NCBI GenBank assembly: GCA_029268635.1
Contig: JAQWNL010000045.1
Span: 1 to 49,007 of the forward strand
Length of the DNA stretch: 49,007 nt
Direction of reading: 5' to 3'
Source of the DNA: Flavobacteriaceae bacterium
Lineage (GTDB): Bacteria > Bacteroidota > Bacteroidia > Flavobacteriales > Flavobacteriaceae
In this document: piece after piece, positions 48,293 through 49,007 of the stretch
Layout of the letters: each line of letters begins with the position of its first letter
How positions within the stretch are numbered: the first letter of the stretch is position 1
Notes under the pieces: generated by a model
Told to the model about the DNA's origin: nothing
Seen by the model: the letters and a program-made list of their open reading frames with translations, nothing else
The model's database searches: none
Made by a program: the position numbers and the translations under genes

Positions 48293-48781
48293 TTAGGTAA
48301 ACCAAGGATGGTTTCCAAATTCGTTTCGTGGAACAGACTTTTTGTAAGTTAAATAATATTCAAGGCCTTTAAGCACTGCATTTAAATATGATTTGAGTTT
48401 TGGTCTAATAACGGCGTAATGAAAAAATGGATATAATAATTTAGGAATTTTACTGCTAGTATAAGGCTTAACAGTGATTTTTACAAAAGTAAATACCCCT
48501 TTGTCAATTATTTGCCATTTAACATCTGATTCTTTTGCATTTTTACTGCCAATTTTTATACTATATCCAACCATTGGTTTCCATTCTAAAAAGGTTCTGT
48601 AATAAGTTAGATCATTTAAATAAATTAGTTGATCTTTTAAAATAGCATCATTTCTAGATTCCAAAACTTTATTTTCTTTACAAAAAGGGTGAAATTGATT
48701 TAAGTGGCCTGGAGAAGAAATCAGGTCCCACACCACATCAGCACTATTTTCAATTTTAATCTTGTTTGAAATTTTAAACAT
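48293..48781 (-). CDS. SRPBCC (START-like) family protein
   Basis: ADVVWDLISSPGHLNQFHPFC and C-terminal helix LKGLEYYL. Confidence 0.7.
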   Translation of the reverse strand: MFKISNKIKIENSADVVWDLISSPGHLNQFHPFCKENKVLESRNDAILKDQLIYLNDLTYYRTFLEWKPMVGYSIKIGSKNAKESDVKWQIIDKGVFTFVKITVKPYTSSKIPKLLYPFFHYAVIRPKLKSYLNAVLKGLEYYLTYKKSVPRNEFGNHPWFT

Positions 48782-48822
48782 TTTTACAGAAAACTTGCTC
48801 TACAATTATTTTAAATAAATAT

Positions 48823-48867
48823 AAAAAAATTATCCCCAAAATAAATTATTATTCTTGGGGATAATTT
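48823..48867 (-). terminator. Intrinsic terminator after tRNA-Leu(TAA)
   Basis: aaattatccccaa / ttggggataattt 13-bp stem, T tail on the minus strand. Confidence 0.8.
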
Positions 48868-48868
48868 G

Positions 48869-48954
48869 TACTGAAGACGGGACTTGAACCCGTACGGACA
48901 TTACTGTCCACTGGATTTTAAGTCCAGCGTGTCTACCAATTCCACCACTTCAGC
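48869..48954 (-). tRNA. tRNA-Leu(TAA)
   Basis: GCTGAAG/CTTCAGT acceptor, GGAATTGGTAGAC, CTGGA-CTTAAAA-TCCAG, long variable arm, ACGGG-TTCAAGT-CCCGT. Confidence 0.97.
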
Positions 48955-48984
48955 TTGCGGTTGATTGTCGTTAAATTCGAATCG

Positions 48985-49007
48985 AGCGAAAAACGGGATT
49001 CGAACCC
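48985..49007 (-). tRNA. 3' part of a tRNA (probably Gly), cut by the window end
   Basis: Minus strand GGGTTCGAATCCCGTTTTTCGCT: T-arm, acceptor 3' strand and U discriminator; anticodon not in window. Confidence 0.75.

Noticed and set aside
44850-48868. att-like duplicate of the tRNA-Leu(TAA) 3' end bounding the right accessory patch
   Set aside because: No convincing copy of the tRNA 3' sequence found by eye, so no island boundaries are called

Overview
AT-rich Flavobacteriaceae-like (Bacteroidota) DNA, judged from TAnnTTTG promoters, a GLPGLI protein and the mevalonate genes. From left to right: (1) a contig-end inverted chimera (1-48) truncating an APH-type kinase gene, then a broken cytochrome c gene; (2) a four-gene NHLP/NHLM-type type I export cassette with a catalytically dead C39 peptidase domain and no visible precursor peptide; (3) a core M20 peptidase and tRNA-Leu(TAG); (4) a 20.7-kb integrase-less island bounded by an ~86-bp degenerate direct repeat of the tRNA-Leu 3' end; (5) mostly core genes (DUF1295, GLPGLI plus an outer-membrane barrel with a nonsense codon, fasciclin, GH20, hpf, mvaD-mvk-UbiA, and a pseudouridine synthase lacking its catalytic Asp); (6) a small accessory patch ending at tRNA-Leu(TAA) and a partial tRNA. 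The island in (4) carries a PUFA-synthase-like iterative PKS/glycolipid cluster: an ER-KS-AT-ACP-KR megasynthase, a KS-less AT-DH partner, a discrete ACP, an Sfp PPTase, four glycosyltransferases (one a circularly permuted PLOD/LH3-type GT), a YdjC deacetylase, a GINT1-like beta-propeller, a SyrB2-like Fe/2OG enzyme with an HQE triad, and an MBL hydrolase. It also holds two SGNH-like paralogues and attC-like palindromes. This glyco-polyketide lipid pathway is the strongest candidate for an undescribed system. All family assignments come from motif recognition by eye; no searches were run.
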